Source: Camelus dromedarius
Taxonomy: Eukaryota
NCBI RefSeq assembly: GCF_036321535.1
Contig: NC_087436.1
Coordinates: forward strand, 64,792,001 to 64,852,000
Length of the DNA: 60,000 nucleotides
Reading direction: 5' to 3'
The position numbers were made by a program, and so were the translations under genes. Under the pieces are notes generated by a model. That model did not search any database and was not told where the DNA came from. It worked only from the letters and a program-made list of their open reading frames with translations. This document shows, piece after piece, positions 38,510 through 51,566 of this stretch (positions are counted from its first letter, which is position 1; every line of letters begins with the position of its first letter).

Positions 38510-41296
38510 TATTACAATGATCATTTTTCATACTTGGTGGTTGTCCACCACATCTTGAATACTCCTCTTCATAGTCGAGGGAAAATTTCCTTCCATATAA
38601 ATCCTGTCTTCTCAAGCAAAATACCAGGAATATACTTTCCCAACCTTCCTTGAAACTAGGCCATGGAATCAGGGGGCTCTTCCAATTAGAAGCATTCATT
38701 CAAGAGTTTGATTTGGAAGAGGAGCTACCATATGTGTTGGGTGTTACTTGGTGTTCTAAGCCATACCTTTAGACATATCAAGTAACCCTCCATCATCATG
38801 TGAATTCATCCATTCCTTTAATTCATACCTATGATTTCATGAGAAATTCCCAATGACTAATTAACAGAGGAGGAAAAAAATTGAGCTTGATTGGTTTGTA
38901 GACCATCCTGCATGGTATATCAGAAATGTGGACCTCTGCATTATTAGGATAGTACTCAGGGATATTTCTAAAAGACAGTGGGGGAAGAATTAATATCCTG
39001 ATGGGCAGAATTTTGGGCTATACCTCTCATATTCCATTTGTCTTAGAAGGAAAAAAGACATTAGGTATCTTTCACACCCATTCATATACACTGATTAATA
39101 GTTAGGCTGGATTGGCATGGACTTGAAAGGAATGGAGAACTGCTGGCAAGGCACTTTGAGGAAGAAGTATTTAGATAGAAAACAAAATACACCTAGAGTG
39201 TGGGATTATTTGTTTCCCATGTGAATGAGAAGCTGAAGGTTCTCACTGTGAAGATTATTAATATTTAGAGTCAAAGGATGACCCAGCTAATAAAAATGTC
39301 AGTAGCCATGCCAACACTGAATGGGTTCATTCGTGTTTTCAGTGAGGAGGATATGCATTGAATCAACATGTCCTTCCTTTAACACACTCTGACTAGTTAC
39401 TGATTATATTAGATTTCCAGTTTTCCAATGGTAGAACCTCACAGGGCAAATCCTTCATCCAGCCATACCCAGGGGAGAGTATGAACTAGCCAGGAAGGGT
39501 TAGATAACTTACCATGAACTGGACAATGATTTGTCTTACTAGAATAAACTACTATTTTGAATTTGGATATTTAGGTTTACCTTTTCTCATTTTCATGAAT
39601 AATGTCTGTGGACTAACTGAATGCCTTGTCTTCTATTATGATAGCCATGTACCAGTGCCTCTGATGCTGGAACAAAATTTAAAGGTTCAGAATTAAGGCA
39701 CAGATGTATACTCACTGGATTTAGACGGTTAGCTACATCCTCTGTCACCCAAAAGTTGCTGATCTTGTTGTGTATAAGATTATCAAAGACACATTATGGC
39801 ACCAATCTTATGAAGCTCGAAGACATCTTGCAGAATGTGGCACATGTTATATACCACTCAGTAATATACAGTGCTTTTTCTTTCAAAGATCTGGGAACCA
39901 AGAGATTGGGGGTCAGAATGTAACCTTTCACTCTTATATCTTCTGACCTTTTGACAAAATTATAGTTCATGGCCCATGATTTTTGGCTTTGTTGGTTTGA
40001 TAGTCCTAGTACCCAGAAGAAGATGGCTCCCACACTGGCACACAACTGTATTCCCATAAAACTGGGACCTGAGACTGCTTCATGACTATTACAAACTTCT
40101 TATGAACAGGCCAAGAGGAATGGGAGTTAAATTGTGGCTAGCATGATTGACTCTGATTATCAAAGATAATAGGGGGCTACATAATGGGTCCAGGAATTAA
40201 TATTTAAAATATAAGGGATATCCTGGTCTTCACAGTGCTATTATAACTGGTGGTAAAGTGAACAGAAGACTACCGCAGATAGGTACACACAGGAAGGACC
40301 ACCAAGGCCTCTGTTTCTAAGGAATAAACTGTGGTATACCATGCCAAGTAACAACCCTGAGCAGTTGAGGAATTGGTCGAAGGAAAAAGAAGCCTAGAAT
40401 ACATTGTAGAGAAAGAAAATCAAAATGACATAATGAACCATTCTAGAAATAAGGAATATAGTATCCCCTCATATTCCCTGCAGTGTCTTACACATATTTA
40501 CATATTTTAAAATATTCTTCTCTTTCTAAGTCTGCTATTATTTTACTTTACAGTTTAGTAAATAAGAGAACACAAAGCCAGAAATATAATAGCCTTAGAA
40601 GAATAATGACTATCATCTAGATACCTTGGAATTGGAGGTAGAAACCTTATAAAGCTTTGGATTTGCCACTTGTTTGGAGTGAGGGCACTTGTATTTTCAT
40701 TTGTGTTAATAATAGTTGCAATATGTTAGCCTGAGACATTTTCTTACTGGAAATTTAAATATGGAAGGAAAATATGTGATGAGGTTGGGATACAAAGAAA
40801 TGGATAGTAAGAGATATTTGTCATCTATTGTGGCCATCAGTATGTTTTGAACCCTCCTTCTCTGTTGTTGAATTTCCAATGTTATGAATCCCAACATTCC
40901 AAGATGGAAGTCCCCTTCCCCAGATTCTCTTAGAACTAAAGTACAGATATGTGATCTAAGTGCTACCAATTAGACACACCACTTAAGAATTCTGTTTGGA
41001 AGAGAGTGACATGAGGAAGGAGGTCCTCATATGACCACTCTGGCACTTGTGGCAGAGCCTGGTGAAGAGATTTTAGATTTCATCTTACTTATTTATTATT
41101 TTTAGAGTATAAGTAACAGAGACCATAATGGCTGTGTCCACAATCAGCTTCTAGTTTCTTCCTGAAAAATGTCTCTGGCTCTGTAGCTTCCAAGCATGAT
41201 TTCAGAGAATCTGGGGGCCACTTGTTAATAAACTCATTTTTTTACCTAACCTGCTAAAATGAGTTCTATTGTTTGTGATCTTGACTGAAAGATACA
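38510..41296 (+). mobile_element. Decayed ERVL provirus: partial 5' LTR, pol relic (RNase H-integrase), 3' LTR (LTR33/LTR16-like)
   Basis: 38830-39170 follows the ERVL RNase H coding pattern (..WF.DGSA..KDSGEG..WAE..GLAGW..WGRG); 39500-39590 resembles integrase (..LTGIDTYSGYG); related LTR blocks at about 38590-38730 and 40880-41020; AATAAA near 41226 and a ..gataca end. Confidence 0.7.
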
Positions 41297-43729
41297 TATA
41301 AATGAATGGCTCCTGAGTGTGTGTATTGTGTGCGTGTGTGTACACGTATGGACGTACATTTAGACACATACATAATACACATTTTCCCCATATGTGTCTA
41401 TTTATTTATAATATGCTTCCTAAGCACAGTGGAACTCAAAAGACAAATAATCTCGATGAATAATTGATATACATTTTGGTGTGTGTATATGTCACAGAAG
41501 TAATTCAATTTGAATATTTGTTTTTAGAACTTCTAGTATGTAAGTTTTCAGACTGTCTTTCATTTTTATATTTATTTGATGAAATAAATTATCCATTTTC
41601 CAAGTACCTTTATTATAGAAAAAATAGATTATGAGAATCACAGTATCACACAACTGAACTTTTGAAATAGTATCACAGTATTCTTTTTTTTTAATTTCAA
41701 GGTATTTCTACTCATACAAATCCAACAGCAAGAGAAAATCCACAATTTCACTAAACAATATGAAAGGGTATTACACATGTGTAACTTATAGAACATTATT
41801 TCTTACTTAAAATAATTTTTAATAGTTTGAAGCTAATATTTTTATTCTTTGCTCAGTGATTTGGAACATCCCAACACTTACTGATTCGGTTTTTGGGGTT
41901 TTTTTGTTTTTTTTGTTTTTTTTGGTATTTCAATCATGCATATACATTTTATGAAAATAAATTCATACTTAAAAAAATACCCTGGTAAAGGCTTACTATG
42001 ATTTCTTACTGCTAATCAAGCCCAAGTTACTCAGTAACTAAACTGACATTTTGAGTGAATTAAGGAGCATCTAAAATAATTGGTTTTTAAGTAAGCAACT
42101 AGATTATGTCAAGGACAATCTTTTTATTTGTTCGGATGGCCCATGCTAATAAACAGGCCCTTTCCAGGGTGGTGCTTGTCTCTGAATGGCCAGGTTCTCA
42201 TTCAGGACGTTCTTCTTTAGCCTTTACTAGGCTCTCACACCTGAGTTAGGAATCTGAGAGGCACAAGTCTGTGCAGGTTTATAAGCTTAAGGTGCTATTG
42301 TATTTCTCTTGCAGTTTAGGGTGGAATTTATTCACAATTAAAGAAGAATAAAAAACTCCAAACAATAAAGAGGTCTTCCAAAATGTCTGCTTTCAGGCCT
42401 TTTCCCATTGAAATATTTCTTCTGGGCTTTCTGCCTTTATTGCCTTTGGTTTCTAGTGCTTTCTTTTATTGAAGCATTTAAAGAGGCAGTACTTAAATAG
42501 ACCAAAGGAATCCTGTTCTAGGTGGATGGATCCAAGAGCCCAGTTCTCATGTCTTCAGGGCACACAGAGCAGAACCAACAACTAAGCCTGGAAAGGTTTG
42601 GAGGAGGCCTAAGGAGACTGGAAACAATCCAGTTTTTGTCATCAGAGTTTGTGTATACTCCTGTCATCAGAAAGGATTACATATGAAAGAAAAGAAATTC
42701 TCTACTCTGTTCACTGGCTGCTCAACAAGCAAAGCATTAAATCTCCTAGTCCCTTCTACTTGTGAATTTTAATTGATGGGGCTCATACACAGAATAAAGC
42801 CATTTTGGCACAAATGGCATGTGTTGGCATTTAAACAAGAATGGCAATTTTAATTTTATCTTCATTCCAAATTAGAAAGGCAAAAAAAAAAAAAAAAAAA
42901 AGAAGAAGAAAGAAAAACTCTATTGTTTTTTCAAACAAAAGGTTTTTTTAATTTGGTTTCCAGGAATAAAAAAAAAATAATTAAAACAAAACTTGCCTAT
43001 GTCCTTTTAAAGCAGTTGGTTAACAAGCTTTGGCTTACAATTTCAATCTGGAATTTCCCTAGACTACCCTGTTTATGATAGAGGCTGGGTTTTACAGTGG
43101 CAGTTTATATGCCTAGTCTACATTTTAAAGCCCAGCCCTGTTGTTTAGGACCAGAAATGGACGCAATTTAATTCTGTTTATTATAGAAATCAAGTGCTTT
43201 TGGAGAGAGACTTGTGAGCAGCTGTTTAATATTGTCTTTCTGCTAATATAGAGGTTCATTTCTCTTGCCCTCTGAGGAAATAGCAATTCATGAGATTTCT
43301 GGAGGCTGTCTTCTACAGAAATACAGGTCTGCTGCCAGGATTTAGCAGCAGAAAAGATTTGCTGTTAATTGGTGGGGCAGGCTTTCTCTGACAGGTGTTA
43401 ATTTTAAGACCTGTATTCCAGTAGGATTTCGGAGGATTTTGCAAAGAAGATATCAGTAATCAAGATAGAAAAAGAAAACATCATTTTTATTATACAATTT
43501 CTCAGCAAGTTTTAAACTTTTTGTAGCTAAAGTCAATATGAAGGAAGTTTTTGAAATGAAGTTGGGCAAGAATTATCTGCCTTCCCCAGAGACTGTGTTC
43601 AATAGTTAAGGATATATAAAAGTTTTCTTTTGAAAACAATATAGTTAAAATCACTGAGCAAGTTTTAAAGTGAGATGATTGTTTAAATCATTGTTTACAG
43701 TGGTAAATAACTGAAACTCAGAGTCTCTT

Positions 43730-44228
43730 GGTTATCAAACCAAACGTGCATGGATCCTCTCGCTTGCACGCAGTCAACCCAATCTACTGACACCCAGTTG
43801 TGCTGAAGCAAAGTGCAGCGTTTATTGTAGGGTACTCTGCAAGGTGTCTGGGACACTAGTGCTCAAAAAACCCCAACTCCTTGATGGGTTTCAGGACCGC
43901 ATTTTTAAAGGCAATTTGAGGGAGGGGAGTCGCCGGGTATGTGATCAGCTGGTGCACGATTTGCTGATTGGTTGCTGGTGAGGTAACAGGGCAGTGTCAC
44001 AGGGGTTAACATCATCAGTCCTCAGGCTCCAGTTGGCCTGCGGGCTCTGTGCTCACAATCGTCAAGTCATTAACATCTTCCTTTTGGTGGGGGTTTTCAC
44101 ATCTGTAAAACAACTCAGGAAATAGGCAGCAGATACTGTCATCTAGGTACTTCAGAGAGGAACTAAAGCAAAGGACAGAGGGGAAGGGTCTGTCCCGGGA
44201 AGGCCCCATAGGGTCCTACCCAGTTACA
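43730..44228 (-). mobile_element. ERV1-type solo LTR
   Basis: (t>g)gttatcaaac..cagttaca ends; near-TSD tctt/tttt; minus-strand AATAAA at 43821-43826; shares a block with 8305-8877. Confidence 0.8.
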
Positions 44229-44904
44229 TTTTGGAGCAGGGCCTTGAATATAGCATTTGATGCATGATTTAAAGAATTATTTAGCAATGATGTAAAGGAG
44301 ACTCTTAGGCTTGATGGAAAGTTGAAATGGCATTTGGCCCTTAGGCCATTTCTTTATTTTTGGTATTGATATGAGTAAAAACGTACCTCCAGGATGAGAC
44401 ATTCTCATATTCTCTTAAGAGCCAATTCTGGCTCTATATCCACTATCTCAAATTTTAGAGTCCTTTTTGTTAGTGTTAAGAGAGGGACAGCCAACTGTGT
44501 ATCTAAGAATTTCTGCGATGCTGAGTCAAAGAATAACAATATCCAGATAATTGCCTATTCTTAAGTGAACTTAATGAATATAAACAAAATGTGAACTACT
44601 TTGACAGTTGGAATAACACTGAGGAATTATTAAACGGAGTAGAATTTGTACTACACATAAATTGTGGGCCAAATGCCCATTTAAAATATGCCTTGAGAAC
44701 ATACCCAGGTGGATTTCTAAAAGCACGCTGGTGGTCTCCTAGGTAAAGTGTGCTTTCTGCGTTACGACTACATGGAGTGAGGTTATTTCTCTTTGTGTTC
44801 CATGATTACTTTGGGTGTTCTGTTGTTGTACATGATTTTGGAAAAACTAGTCCGGATTTCTTCTTTCATTGGTTTTTGCCTTCTGCAGAAAAAAAAAGAA
44901 AAAA

Positions 44905-44906
<2 letters not shown>

Positions 44907-44984
<78 letters not shown>

Positions 44985-44986
44985 AA
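44907..44986 (+). repeat. (GAAA)20 tetranucleotide microsatellite
   Basis: Read directly from the sequence; preceded by A-rich 44889-44906. Confidence 0.97.
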
Positions 44987-46699
44987 AGTACTAAACTTAA
45001 AATTTATTATAGATATGTCACATTTTGACTGAGTTGTGTAAAATGATTTAAAAGCAAGTTGTTTAAGAGTCAGATAGTATTTGCCACCTGCCTGCTTAAG
45101 ATGCTGAAGTAACAGAGTGCAGATTTTATTTCTTCCTGTTGGGAGCACCTTGTGAATCTGCATTCCAGGATTCTGTTTTTAGTTTCCAACTCAATTAAGT
45201 ATTACTGAATTAGGTGGTAATCAAAATATCCAGGATGGTACTTTGAAAACTTGGCTTGTGAGGAAATAGCTTTGAAATAAAAGCTAATAAATATATACTT
45301 ATATTCTTTTGTGGAAAATAAAAAAATTAATAAGAAATTTTAAACCCTGAGACTTTTTAGATTTCAAGGAAGCATGCAACCTCAAGATCTCAGTAACAAG
45401 GGTGTTAGAATAAATAAAAGGGAGAAGAAACTGATGATGAATGAAATAATATGAGAAGACAAAACCTGAAACAGAGTGGCTATCAAAAAAATGTTATTTG
45501 TTCTTTCTTTTTCCTTGAGAAAATGAGGCAATGATAGAGTTCACAGAGATCACATAGGGATTGGGAGCACTTTTTCGGGTTTTTGAAGGTTGTGTTATTC
45601 TTGTAGTTGTTTTAAAATGAAATTACTGGTAGTAACATGTTTTATGCTGTAGAGAACACTATTTGGGTAGAGGAGGAAATTAAATTTAGAGCCTACATTT
45701 GCAAGAACATTGTTTTCAGTTGAATGGAAATAAGAATCAAATTAGCTGATGACTCTTAAAAATTAGTACAATTTCTATTTTCAACAATTCTATAATTTTT
45801 GACCAAGCTGATCTCCATCAGCCTATAAGAAGACTAGTACTCCTCACATACATATAGATTGGGAAAATATATATACATATAAAATACTCTTCAGTATTTT
45901 ACATGGAGAATGACAATTCTTGTTTTCCTGTATGTGAAGAAATTCGTGGCTTTCTTAATTTGGCTATTTGTACAATTTAGGGGAAAACTATCACCTGAAC
46001 CATTCACTTTTTACCCCCTTAAACTGCCACATGGGAACACATTTAACAAACAACTTGAACTTTGTACATGAGCCTGATCCAACTTTAGTCTTGTCCTATA
46101 TTTCAGAAAAATGTTGGTAATTTTCATCAATTACTTTTACATATGTTTCTAGTCCTCTGTTATGGCTATATCAAGAGGCAAAACTTGTGGAAATAGTACC
46201 AGACAGTGATCCTGTTTTAATAAGATTTTCAGTCTAATTATATGTTCTCTAAAGGTTCAAATAACATTTGGATCAACTGCCAAATTTGGGGAATGCTTAG
46301 CTGAACTGAACTTCTGAACTTCTGAACAAGTTCACTTTTCAGTGCTTGAAAGACTCTTCTAGTGAAAGCAAATCCTTGGTCTGGTCAGGATTTATTTATA
46401 ATTTTTTACATTTTTTTTTACTAGCCTGCTACGTCTGACCTGTATATATCTTTTCTACTTAGTTTATGACTAAGGAAGTATGACCATCAATTTCAGAAAA
46501 TGGCTGATATTTTTTTTCCTAAGGTGGTGAATACATATTTTGAATTGTGTCCTGTTATGTTCAGATTGGGAAAGATAAAATATTATTTTTTCATGTTTGT
46601 AATTTACATATAATTAATCTGATGGCTAGATGATGTCATCTCTGACTATAAAAGATAATGTTTTCCAGTTAATAATAACAACCAAGCTTTATATAAATT

Positions 46700-46890
46700 T
46701 TATAATGCTCTCTCCATTTGTTTTAATACACATATGATCCTAAACAACTCCCTGTGAAATTTCTTATTATTGTCATTTTACAGGAAAAGAGAGTCTTAGA
46801 GGTATAATGACTGACTGAGAATTTGAATTTGTTCTCAACTTGAGATCTTCTGACTTTTGGTTCATTATTCATTCCACTGTGCCACAACTA
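46700..46890 (-). mobile_element. MIR SINE fragment
   Basis: aacaactccctgtgaaat..attattgtcattttacaggaaaagaga..cttagaggt..tcttctgact..ttccactgtgccaca. Confidence 0.55.
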
Positions 46891-46949
46891 CTTCATGTGA
46901 TTAGTCTTTTTCAAGAGACAGGAAAACACAATGAGTCATATTGATATAG

Positions 46950-47256
46950 GAAAGTTGCAGTACAAAAGGATGGCCACGTCTCAGGTCCCAGGGAGTCCCA
47001 GGGATGTGCCTCATTAAGTGAGGGTCCTTGGCTTCTCATAGGAAAGAATTCAAGAGTGAGCATAGTTGAGTAAAAGTAGATTTATTCAGAGAGATTCACA
47101 CTTCATAGACAGAGTGTGGGCCATCTCAAAAGGCAAAAGAAAAGGCCATGAGGTGTGGCGATATTAGTTTTTATGAGCTCAGCTATTTCATATGCTAACA
47201 AGTGGGAGAATTATTGCAACAACTTGGGGAAGGGGCTGGGATTCTCAGGAACTGAG
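46950..47256 (-). mobile_element. Truncated ERV1-type LTR
   Basis: gggtccttggcttctcataggaaagaattcaagagtgag; minus-strand AATAAA at 47081-47086; related to 8885-9494. Confidence 0.65.
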
Positions 47257-48717
47257 AATAATTCTAAAATATTTGAATGATTTAAGCTGAATCTAGAAAA
47301 TAACCATTCAAATCATGTCATAGATCCAGTTAATATATTATGAATTACTGCAGTATTTTGAAGAACATCTCTCTGGCTGAATTCAACCATTTAAAGGAGT
47401 CTCTCTGAATACTAAGCTCAGGGAACTATTTCCTCTCCTCTGAGGATTCTACTGAAATTACAGAAAAACCTTAACAAAAACGACAAAGATGCAATATTGT
47501 CATTAAAAATCAGGAAACATTTCTGCCAGAGCAACAAAGGGTTAAAGGGATTCCTGGAAGATAGAAAACAAGTGATAAGATTGAAGGAGAAAAGAAAATT
47601 GTGGCCCTGAGCACTAGACAGAAGCATAGATCTTCTCTAAAAATTCCAAGGTCAAAGTCAAAGTATGAGAGGGAGTGGGCCAGGGAGGCATCAGCACAGT
47701 GATTCATTAAAGAACTGCCTCTTTCTCATGTAAATAAATAGGCTGGCAGTAATAACTTTCCCCTTAGGCTCAAGCCAGGGAACTGTTCTAGGAGGAGCTT
47801 ATAATTGGCCTCAGATGTGAAATTACTGGGTCCTGAAAGAGAAGCACAGTGGAATTTGAGGTAAACAGACTTGAACAACAGATGCTGGAAAAAAGACTTC
47901 TTTACCACTACCACCCTCCCAAAAAACGAAACAAAAAAACCCACAACTGTATACCCTCCTTAATTTGTAAAAGTTGTTGGGAGGAAGGGGAGTTTCCAGT
48001 TTCCTACCTAGTGGTTCTTTACCCATATACCCTATTGGTAAAATTGTCAGTAGTCCCAGCCCAGTAACCTAAACCCACCAGTTAGTGTTCCCCATTCAAG
48101 GACTGTGGTCACTGAGGGGGAAAAATCAGTCTCTCTCTCTGTCCATCTATCTTTATCATCTCTACCGTCTCTGTCTTTCTCTAGCTCATCATCACCTATG
48201 TACAGAAGAAATCCATGCAAGCCAACTTCACTGATTGATTCCATGTGTAGTGGGTACATGGTACAGTAAACAAGAAAAATTCGCAGGGTATAATCATAAA
48301 AGCAACTTTATTTTTGTCTTCCCCTGTCCTTTTTATTCTACTGGTCAGGCAGAATAGATTGCCGTTAATTTTTGATAAAAACTCATGACTTTTCTATTCA
48401 CTCTTTGTTGACAGAAAAATATTTTGTTTCCTCTAAATAATCTGGATTCATGCCTTCAAGTCTCTGGTTCAGTGTATTAATTGACTCTTCAATATTTGTT
48501 CAAAAATAAGACTTTTCCCGGATCTCTCAGTGTCTGTCGGGGGGGGGGGGGGCTGTCTTCTTGTAGAGAAGGGGTTATTTTGATTCTTTTCTCTTTCTCT
48601 CTCACCTCTTTCTCTTCTAATAAACTTCTCTTTCTCACTTTTCAAAGGTTTGAGATGAAAGATAATGGGAAAATATTACTTATTTCATAAGACTGTTGTG
48701 AGAAATGAACTAATAAA

Positions 48718-49449
48718 CCATATTTAATAGAATCTAAGACTAATGATTGTAAACCACATTTATTTTATGTACCACTAAAAAAGGAAAAACAGAAGTTGCT
48801 AATAAACTATGACGTAATACTTTTAAAACTACTCATACTATTTGTTTTTTAATTATTGAAAGAATTCCTTTTAATTTATTTATGCATAGTTTTTTTACCA
48901 TTCCATTTACATAACAAAGGAAGCTCTAAGTGACATAAATTTATTGATACATTTTAAAACTTCTTCACATTCAGTCTAACAGGTTTTGAATCATTTTTTG
49001 ACTCAGTGTCATTGATGTCTGTATTTTTCTACATGCTTTCCTCTCTGTGCCATGAATGTCACTAGTGACAGGGCATTTCTCAAAAGAATGTTTCATTACT
49101 GTTTATGGTATTTTCTTCCAAGTGACTGACATTCTTCCTACAAGTTTTGATAAAGGTGCCTTCTTAATCTTATCAGAAGATATCAACAAAAGATTATTTA
49201 GACAACAATCAGAGATTGTATTTTTCCTCAAAATATCCTTAAATAGTTCCTTGATTAAAGTATTTAGAGGGGCAGTTGTCCAGATATGCCCCAGGAGCAA
49301 CCAAAGAACGGTATGACAGACAATGACAACTGCGACAGCACTGGCTAATTAAGAATGAGTCATAAAACTCTACTGATTATCAGAGGCATCTAGATTTCAG
49401 AAGTGTTGCAATGTGAGAAAGTAGACATCTCGAAATTGATGAAATTCAA
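48718..49449 (-). mobile_element. Kanga-like (TcMar-Tc2/pogo) DNA transposon with a transposase C-terminal relic, inserted in a MIR
   Basis: ORF 49103-49300 (PLN..IKELFKDILRK..SDKIKKAPLSKLVGRMSVTWKKIP) resembles the pogo/Tc2 DDE C-terminus. The right end is the reverse complement of the MER104-type terminus; MIR halves flank both sides. Confidence 0.7.
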
Positions 49450-50541
49450 TATGTATACACGTGTATGTGTGTGTATGTGTGAACAGTATCTGGCAAGTAT
49501 TAAGTCCTCTATATATGTTAGCTACACAATTACATGATTATTATTACAACTTGAATATATGCTAGAAGAATGATTTTGTGCACTCTGTGATTGGTGGTGT
49601 GTTTAAAACTAACTTTTTCTATTGTAGGAAACCTTGAAAGTATTTTAAAGATTCTTTTTTTTCGATAACTTGACTATATGTCTGTGATATGGTTAATGCA
49701 TTTTTCTTTAGGGGCTAACTGTCCACTTTTTGGTCAGTCTACTCCACAGATATTCTTTCTTGTAGGCTCATAGCACCCTCCCAGGTGGTCCTCTTGGGAA
49801 GGATTTAAAATACCTCTCTCTTATGTATACTACACATCTGGTCAATGTGAAACCCTCAGGAATCCTGTACCCAACCATGTCTGAAATCAGAATGACCTTA
49901 AGGCAATATCTACTCTCCCTTTTCCCCTTTACAAAGCAGCTGATCAATCTGACCCTCTACATCTATATTTGCAGATTATGAGTCATATCCTGTACACTGT
50001 CCCCTATACCCACCTTTCTATTTCTACTCCCTCATCTTAGAAACATCCTATAGACAAAGCTTGAATGGCTTAATTAGAATTACTGTAATGTCACTGTCAT
50101 AAAACTTGACAGTCAAAATGCTAACAATGGTAACATCTGTGAATTGGGACTTAAGGCACATGTGGCACAGGTACGGAAACTTTTATGTTTTATTTTAAAT
50201 TCCCCCATGTAATTTGGAGAAACAATGCCAAATGGAATGAATGCCTTTTTTAAAAAAAGTACAGTTGCATCTACGAACATATCTCTGATTCATCTCTTGT
50301 CAGTATTTTGGTAAAGGATATAATTGCCTAGTTTCACTCTGATCTTAGTTGTATGGATGCAGTCTCCCTGGCTCATTCTTACCTTAATGTTCCATGTTTT
50401 TCCCCCACATCCCTGGCTTCACGCATGCTATTCTTTCTGCATGAGACGTATAATCTCTACTAGTCTACTCCTTCTTCACGAATAAATTATTGTACCACCT
50501 CCTTTAGAAGCTTCTCTTCCCTTCACCTCTGTGCTTTTCTT

Positions 50542-51566
50542 TCTTTTTTTATTGGAGTACAGTCAGTTACAATGTGTCAATTTCTGGTGTACAGCACAAT
50601 GTCCCAGTCATGCATATACATACATATATTCATTTTCATATACTTTTTCATTAAAGGTTATTACAAGATATTGAACATAGTCCCCTGTGCTATACAGAAG
50701 AAACTTTTTAAAAGACCTATTTTTATATATAGTGGCTAACATTTGTAAACCTCAAACTCCCAGATTCATCCCTTCCCACTCCCTTTCCTGGTAACCATAA
50801 GATTGTTTACTAACCATAAGATTGTCTGTGAGTCTGTTTCTGTTCTGTAGATGAGTTCATAGCGTCCTTTTTTTCTTTTTTTTTGATTCCACATATGAGT
50901 GATATGATATGGTATTTTTCTTCCTCTTTCTGGCTTATTTCACTTAGAATGATGATCTCTAGGTCCATCCATGTTGCTGCAAATGGCATTATTTTATTAT
51001 TTTTTATGGCTGAATAGTATTTCATTGTATAAATATACCACAGCTTCCTTATCCAGTCATCTGTTGATGGATATTTAGATGCTTCCATGTGTTGGTTATT
51101 GTAAATAGTGCTGCTATGAACATTGGAGTGCATGTGTCTTTTTGAATTAGAGTTCTCTCTGGATATATGCCCAGGAGTGGGATTGCTGGGTCGTATGGTA
51201 AGACTATTTTTAGTTTTTTGAGGAATCTCCATACTATTTTCCATAATGGCTGCAACAAACTACATTCCCACCAGCAGGAGTGTTCCCTTTTCTCCACACC
51301 CTCTCTAGCATTTATTGTTTGTGGACTTTTGAATGATGGCCATTCTAACTGGTGTGAGGTGATAGTTCACTGTAGTTTTGATTTGCATTTCTCTGACAAT
51401 TAGTGATACTGAGCATTTTTTCATGTGCCTATTGGCCATTTGTATGTCTTCATTGGAGAATTGCTCGTTTAGGTCTTCTGCCCATTTTTGGATTGGGTTC
51501 TTTGTTTTTTTGTTATTAAGTTGTACGAACTGTTTATATACTCTGGAAATTAAGCCTTTGTCAGTT
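50542..51566 (-). mobile_element. Young 5'-truncated L1 (ORF2 C-terminus + 3'UTR + poly-A), about 1.0 kb
   Basis: Perfect 15-bp TSD ctctgtgcttttctt (50527-50541 / 51567-51581). ORF2 C-terminal peptides [29 protein letters not shown] and KLWYIYTMKYYSAIK..MPFAATWMDLEIIILSEISQ; frameshifted. Confidence 0.95.

Noticed and set aside
44750..45163. ORFs with KKERKKER / FLSFFLSF repeats
   Set aside because: They are translations of the (GAAA)n microsatellite, not protein.
48539..48552. G14 run as a functional G-quadruplex
   Set aside because: Isolated homopolymer with no supporting context, and length is error-prone.
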